Shown here in pieces: positions 50,044-64,000 of a DNA stretch of 64,000 nt. This DNA comes from the human T2T-CHM13v2.0 reference genome, Homo sapiens. Position 1 is the stretch's first letter. Every line of letters begins with the position of its first letter. The notes under the pieces were generated by a model, which ran no database searches, was not told where the DNA came from, and worked only from the letters and a program-made list of their open reading frames with translations. Location of the stretch: the NCBI RefSeq assembly GCF_009914755.1, contig NC_060938.1; one strand, 5' to 3'. A program made the position numbers and the translations under genes.

Positions 50044-50207
50044 GGGCTACAGTACTACTCAGTGTCTTCTATAGGAGAACCAACAGTCCCAGTGTCAGAG
50101 TCCTTAAGGTAAAAACTTATTAGCTGTTGTCCTGACACGGATTATTTGTTCTCCTACAGAAGACACTGAGTAATACTGTAGCTCAACAACAGCTGTACCT
50201 TAAGGAC
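50044..50207. mobile_element. Palindromic non-autonomous DNA transposon (probably MER105-like)
   Basis: Inverted arms of about 55 bp at 50044-50098 and 50132-50184; family name is from memory only. Confidence 0.6.
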
Positions 50208-50423
50208 AGCATACATCCTGTAACTAGTCATGTTTCCCTCTTTGTTTAGGGCACTAAGAAGCTCAGAGTCTAATTAAGTGAAGCACCTTTAATAATCATG
50301 AACCCCTTATCTCATGCATTCATTTCTCTCTACTAATGCTTCCTGGCTTCATCATACTTATGGGCCCTTGTTCTTTCTTCACTTTGATTTTCATGGTCTT
50401 TTTGTTTTTTTCATCTTATGTGA

Positions 50424-50556
<133 letters not shown>

Positions 50557-50740
50557 TAGCTGGGACTACAGGCACCTGCCACCATGCCCGGCTAATTTTT
50601 GTATTTTTAGTAGAGACGGGCCTTGTGATCCACCTGCCTCGGCCTCCCAAAGTGCTGGGATTACAGGCGTGAGCCACCGCGCCTGGCCATCTTATGTGAA
50701 TTTTTATAATCTGCAAACACTTTTTAGAATTAGGAAAAAT

Positions 50741-51013
50741 TTTTTTTTCTTTTTTTGGCTGAGCATAGGGGACTTTATTGATGGTAGATGACAAGGTGGG
50801 GCTTCCAAGGCCCTTCCCTTTTCAGGGGGTCTGCATGGAAATTGCGGGGAGGGGAGATTCTCAGTGTGGCAGGGAACTGGACACGTCAGGGACTCACCAG
50901 CAGCTGAGGGCCTCTCTCTTCCTCTTGTGTTTTTGCTGGGGCTAGTGGTCTGGGGGTCTTATTCCTTAGAGGCCGTGTGGGCCATGAGGTCCACCATCCT
51001 GTTGCTGTAGCCA
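50741..51013 (-). pseudogene. 5'-truncated processed GAPDH retrocopy (last codons, 3'UTR, poly(A))
   Basis: Minus strand encodes GYSNRMVDLMAHTASKE* (GAPDH ends FGYSNRVVDLMAHMASKE*), then a GAPDH-like 3'UTR, AATAAA at 50774-50779 and an A tail. TSD agaattaggaaaaat (50726-50740) / agaataaggaagaat (51014-51028). Confidence 0.95.
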
Positions 51014-51034
51014 AGAATAAGGAAGAATATTTTA

Positions 51035-51976
51035 ACTGAAAAATAAAACTGCTTATACGCCCACCAAAGTGGCTAAAACTAAAAAGACAACACCAAACAT
51101 TGGCGGTGAGGTAGGGCAATTGGAACCCTCAAATATTGTGGTGGTAATGTAAAATGTATGACTTTTTTGGGAAAAGGTCTGGCAGTTTCTTATAAAATTA
51201 AATATACCTACTTGTGACCCAGAAAAATGACCACATGTTAATAAAAAGACTTGCACAAAATGTTCACAGCAGCTTTATTCATAATAGCCCCAAACTGGAA
51301 ATAGTCAATGTGTCTATCAGTATGAGAATGGTATATTTATACATGTGGTATATTTATACAGCAGACCACAACTCAGCAGTAAAAAGTGACTACTGACACA
51401 TAAAACAACATGAATCTCAAAAACACTACGCTGGGCAAAATAAACCATACACAAAAGAGTATGTATTCTATGATTCCATTTATATGACATTCTTGAACAA
51501 ACAAAGCTAATCTGTGGTAGAAAAAAATCAGATGGTGACAGTGTGCATGTGAGGGCATGAAGTGTGGACTAACTGGGAAGAGGGATCGGGGAACTTTTGG
51601 GGTAATGATAATGTTCTATATTTTGCCAGTGGTTGGGTTATACATATGTATGCATTTATCCAAACTCAGCAAATACACATTTAGAGTGTACATTTCATTG
51701 TATATAAATCTTACATAAAACTATAAACAAATATTACATTCTGTTTAATAATATGCATCCCAAAGTACTTAGGGAAAAATGTAGTGATGTCTAATTTTCT
51801 TTGAAATGCATCAAAAAATAAGATGAATTAATGATGAATAGCGGGATGATAGAATGATATGGGAAGCAAAATAAAATGGTAATGCTTAAATCTAGGAAGT
51901 GGGTACATAGGTATTTACTATAAAGTTATTTCAGCTGCTCTTTAAGACTTTTCATAATAAAATATTGGGGGGAAAT
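51035..51976 (+). mobile_element. L1ME-like 3' portion
   Basis: cccaccaaagtggctaaaa; atgttcacagcagctttattcataatagccccaaactggaaa; tatgattccatttatatga; ttttcataataaaatattggggggaaa. Confidence 0.85.
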
Positions 51977-52143
51977 GCCCTTAACCTTCCTTTAGTGTGT
52001 TCTGGCTGGATATAACTTTTTCTTTTAATATCTTACATAAGTGTTAAAGCCTTTCTCCTCAGGGGGAATTTATGTCACACTTTTCAGAATTTACATAATA
52101 TCTAATTTAAGCTGTTTTAAAGTAATCAGTTAATGACCTTTAA

Positions 52144-52431
<288 letters not shown>

Positions 52432-52641
52432 TAGGCATGAGCCACTGCGCCCAGATCTTTTTAACTTTTAAAAGATTTAATTGACAAATAAATACTGTAT
52501 ATATTCAAAGTGTACAACACGATGATTTGGTTTGCATACACATTGTGTAATGATTTTATTTTTTCTTTTTCATTCACTTATTTCCTGAACTCCGGCAGCT
52601 TACGTTTTACCTCCTTTGGTCATCTCACCTTCTCTTCTTCA

Positions 52642-53103
<462 letters not shown>

Positions 53104-53197
53104 TCACCCAGGCTGGTGTGTTGTGGCATGATCTCGGGTTACTGCAACCTCTGCCTCCTGGGCTCAAGTGATTCTCGTGCCTTAGCCTCCCAAGTAG

Positions 53198-53344
<147 letters not shown>

Positions 53345-53358
53345 TGAGCCTGGCCTGA

Positions 53359-53754
<396 letters not shown>

Positions 53755-54229
53755 TGACCAGACTGGTCAACCACTCAAACTCCTGACCTCAAGTGATCTG
53801 CCCGCCTTGGCCTCCCAAAGTGCTGGGATTACAGGCATGAGCCACAGCGCTCAGCCTCTTTTTCATTTTCTTCCTTAAATCTTTTTTGGTTCTTTTTTGA
53901 CTGTTCATCTTTGAATGAAGTGAATTTTCTTAGCTCAACTATTTACAGGAGATTTGTGTTGTGAAGGGGTCAGGGACATCTTCTGTATCAGTGGGAATTT
54001 TTCTTTTGATCCAGGGTTTTGCATATGAGATACTTTAGCCTTTTCTTCTTCGCAGGCAATGAAGACAGGCAGCTGCACAGCTGTGCACAGTGGGATCTCT
54101 TCTCACTTCTCATGAACATGTGGCTTCCTGTGAATATGACTTGTGTGTGGAGTTCTAATTTAGTCCCAATTTCTCTGCTACTCAAAATCAAAATGGGTCC
54201 AGAGAAACTGGTGCTACCAGCCTACCCAC

Positions 54230-54986
<757 letters not shown>

Positions 54987-55869
54987 CTGCCTTCTTCCCA
55001 TTGTTGCACAAATGGGGCTATTACTTTTTTTTTTTTTAACTTCAGTATACACATCTCACTGGGTGAGCTATTAAGCTCTTACTGAGCTCTTCTGGGGCCC
55101 ACTCTCGGCCTCCTGTTGTGCCTTTCCTCACAAGCCTTTGCTTTTGGTACCCCTTACACTTATTTTACAGTTATTTTGTTTTACCTGTCTTAATTTTTTT
55201 TTAAATTGAGATAGGATTTTCATTCTGGTCTCTTGTGTCCTTTGTTTTGGGAGATGATTTCTGAGGGATGATGGAATTACCAACTTTATGTGACATCTTC
55301 AAGCAGGAAATGCCTTGGGTCTTTCTCATTCTTTAGGGGTCACTAACACACTGAACTGAATAAGAAAGGAAGATACTACCAGGGCGTGATGGCTCACGCC
55401 TATAATCCCAGCACTTTGGGAGGCCAAGGCAGGCGGATCACGAGGTCGGGAGTTCAAGAACAGCCTGGCCAACATGGTGAAACCCTGTCTCTACTAAAAA
55501 TACAAAAATTAGCTGGGCATGGTGGTAGGCACCTGTAATCCCAGCTACTCAGGAGGCTGAGGCAGGAGAATTGCTTGAACCAGGAGGCAGAGGTTGCGGT
55601 GAGCAGAGATTGTGCCATTGCTCTCCAGCAGTCGAGCAACAAAGGCAAAACTCCATCTCAAAAAAAAAAAAAAAGATTAAAAAAAGGAAGATACTATTTT
55701 TAGTGCTTATTTCAGTAAGATGGCCTTCTAGTTTCTTAGTCTCAGCCTACCATGCCAGTTCTACCAACACTGTGTCATAGGTAGGAATTAATAGAATTTG
55801 CTTATATGGAGACTTAAAAAAAATCTTGCATATCGATTATATTGAGCTAGAATGCAATTTGAATTATTT

Positions 55870-57530
<1,661 letters not shown>

Positions 57531-58226
57531 TTTACTTTTATATAACAACCATTGTCATACTGCTTTAATGTATGACAATTATAAAGTTAATAGTTCTTTT
57601 TCTCAGTACATAGCAAGTCTGTTTGGGTTGTGTCTTTATCACTATCATGTGTTGAAAGAAGTTTCTAATAGTTTTAATTATTTTTGCTCAGATTACTTAT
57701 CAGCCCTGGGTGTACATTTTTAAAAAATAGACATCGAAAAAACTTTAAACCCATTTTGTCAACTTAAGGGACTTATTTCCAGGCATAGCCATTACTTCTT
57801 ATATAGAATACAGTATTTTAAAAATTCTCAGTCCTAAAATGTTCCTGGAATCTGCTGATTTATTGAGATTTATTCTTGCTATACTTACTACTATGGTCTA
57901 CTAAATACTTGACTCCACTGAATGCTAGTAACAGGTCTGCCTTTTCAAGTCTCTCCAACCTTGTGAATTTTCAATTACTACCACTTCAACTTCAATGTGA
58001 TTCTTCTGAACTGCAGAGTCAGCAGTTACATTCTGCTGAGTAATGAATGCAAACTGCTCAGAATTACAGAACACTTAAAGCAACTCATTTTAACTATGTT
58101 TTTTTTTTTTTGCTGAAGATTGTGAGAGGTAACTGTAGCTACATAAATGATTTTTGGCAGGGTTGGCATTTAGAGGGAACCATTTATTTGCTTTTTGAAC
58201 AACATTCCTGGGCCACTATTAACCTA

Positions 58227-58496
<270 letters not shown>

Positions 58497-58602
58497 TCAG
58501 GAGGCTGAAGCAGGAGAATCTCTTGAACCTGGGAGGCGGAGGTTGCTGTGAGCCAAGATTGCGCCACTGCACTCCAGCCTGGGTAACACAGCAAGACTCC
58601 AT

Positions 58603-58632
58603 CTCACACACACACACACACACACACACACA
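58603..58632. repeat. (CA)n replacing an Alu tail; another (CA)n lies near 28387-28410
   Basis: Read directly. Confidence 0.9.
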
Positions 58633-59165
58633 AAGCAAAAGAAAAAAACAGTTTGAGGTTAGGCAAGTTTCTTAACCTCTCTGTGCCTCAGTTTCTCCAT
58701 CTGTAAAATGAAGATGGCTGTTATATTTTTTTTTCTTATTTTTTTACATAGAGATGGAATCTCACTATGTTGCAGATTGGTCTCAAATTCATGGCCTCAA
58801 GTGATCCTCCCGCCTCAGCCTCCCAAAATGTTGGGATTACATGTGTGAGCCACCGTGCCTGGCTGGCCTGTTAGATTAAATGAGTCACTGTATGTAAAGC
58901 ACTTTGAACTGTGTCTAGCCTACAGTAGGCACTCTGTGAGGTTAGCTATCATGACAAGCATTATTGATTATCTTCATTGATTTCCTGGACCTAGCCAAAC
59001 CAGCAGAGTGGCTGTTGACCAACTATGCTGATAATTATTAGTCTAGTTGGTGTTCAAAACTACTGCTATAGGCCAGGTGCGGTGGCACACACCTGTAATC
59101 CCAGCATTTTGGGAGGTGAGGTGGGTGGATCACTTGAGGTCAGGAGTTCATGACCAGCCTGATTA

Positions 59166-59467
<302 letters not shown>

Positions 59468-59509
59468 TCACTTGAGGTCAGGAGTTTGAGACCAGTCTGG
59501 CTAACATGG

Positions 59510-62737
<3,228 letters not shown>

Positions 62738-64000
62738 TGTGATGATACCCCATCTCTACTAAAAATACAAAAATTAGCCAGACATGGTGGCGTGCTCCTG
62801 TAATCCCAGCTACTCAGGAGGCTGAAGCATGAGAATCGCTTGAACCTGGGAGGCGGAAGCTGCAGTGAGCCGAGATGGCACCATTAGACTCCAGCCTGGG
62901 CAATACAGTGAGATTCTATCTCAAAAAAAAAAAGAGAGAAAAGAAAAAACCGTTAAAATAAATCACTGACTGGATAACTTGTGTGTAAAGGAGGAACTCG
63001 AAGCTTGAACTTCAGTATCTACCAGACAGGAGCTTCCATTCAAGAGATAAGGTACCTGAAGTCTCCAAGCACTGTGTCTGATACGTGGGTGTTCTGTGAC
63101 CACCAGTTGAATCTGAATAGCTAATGATAACCTTTCAGAGTAAGAATGTTTAAACCCCTCATTCCAACTATGGAGAAGGAAGGGTAACGTACTGAGCACC
63201 AAGAAGCAAAAAGGTTTTGTTAGGAATAAGTTGACTGGTGACTCTGTAAGTGAATAAAAATTGCTGGCTCAGGAAATAAGCCTTCAGAAGGAAACGAACA
63301 AGATTAAATAATAGGATAAAGTTACTCTATCTGGTGTGGTGTGTTCCATGAATATTTTAGCTCTTGTGAATGAGTAAAACTTTTCACTAGGAAGAAGATA
63401 TGACTTCCAACAAAAGTTCTGGGCAAAGTGCTTGGTTTCCACCTCTGCCTGTAACACAGAGGCTGAGGTCCAGCAGCCTTGTCGGTCATTCCCTTCATAT
63501 TCCCAACCCCTTCCCACACACCTCAGCCAGTCACCCGTGAAGAGATATTTCCATTTCCTTGTGAGAGAACAAAGTTATGTAAAGCTATTTTTGTGTGGGT
63601 AAGAGGAGGCCTGGGAAATCAAGTGGAAAGTAAGAGCGCTGTTTAATAAATAGGATGGTGCTGTGAAAAGAAAAAAGGCTTTGGAGTTATAGACTGAGCT
63701 TCCAATCCAGGTTCTAAGACTTAGGAGTTAGGTGATCGTAGAAAAGTGACTTAACCTCTCTGAACCTCATTTTCTCCATTTGTAAAATGGGGATAATATT
63801 TCCTTCAAGGCTGTTGTGAGGATTAAATCTATGTAAAATCTTAGATATAAAGTAGACCTTCAACTAATCTTAGTTTTTCTCATGATTAGCTGAAGACAGG
63901 GATCTGACCTAATTCTATTTTAGCTAGCTTGGTATTTCCTGCCTCCAGCAATGAGGTGAAAACTAGAAATACTGAGATTTTAAAAAATGAATACAGATTC

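Overview
Primate (human-like) genomic DNA around ARF6; human ARF6 maps to 14q21.3, and that location is recalled rather than read from the window. The only supported protein-coding gene is ARF6 (CDS 16953-17480, + strand, intronless). It has a TATA-less CpG-island promoter, one 98-nt 5'UTR intron, three upstream AUGs, G4 motifs and a ~2.8 kb 3'UTR with several poly(A) signals. The rest is repeat-dense intergenic DNA: roughly 75-80 Alus by eye, old L1/L2/MIR pieces, a six-layer nested transposon stack (3.3-7.2 kb), a full-length THE1 provirus inside an Alu (59.5-62.7 kb), hAT-type MITEs, a dead U6 copy and a 5'-truncated GAPDH retrocopy. Almost all other ORFs in the track are Alu, LTR or GC-rich artefacts. 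I see no convincing new multi-gene system. The best leads are regulatory: an ATF4-like uORF layout, miR-145 sites that all lie distal to the first poly(A) signal, an AP-1 composite enhancer candidate near an orphan ORF, and several fold-back structures. Repeat subfamily names are from recognition by eye, and repeat boundaries are approximate unless a TSD is given.
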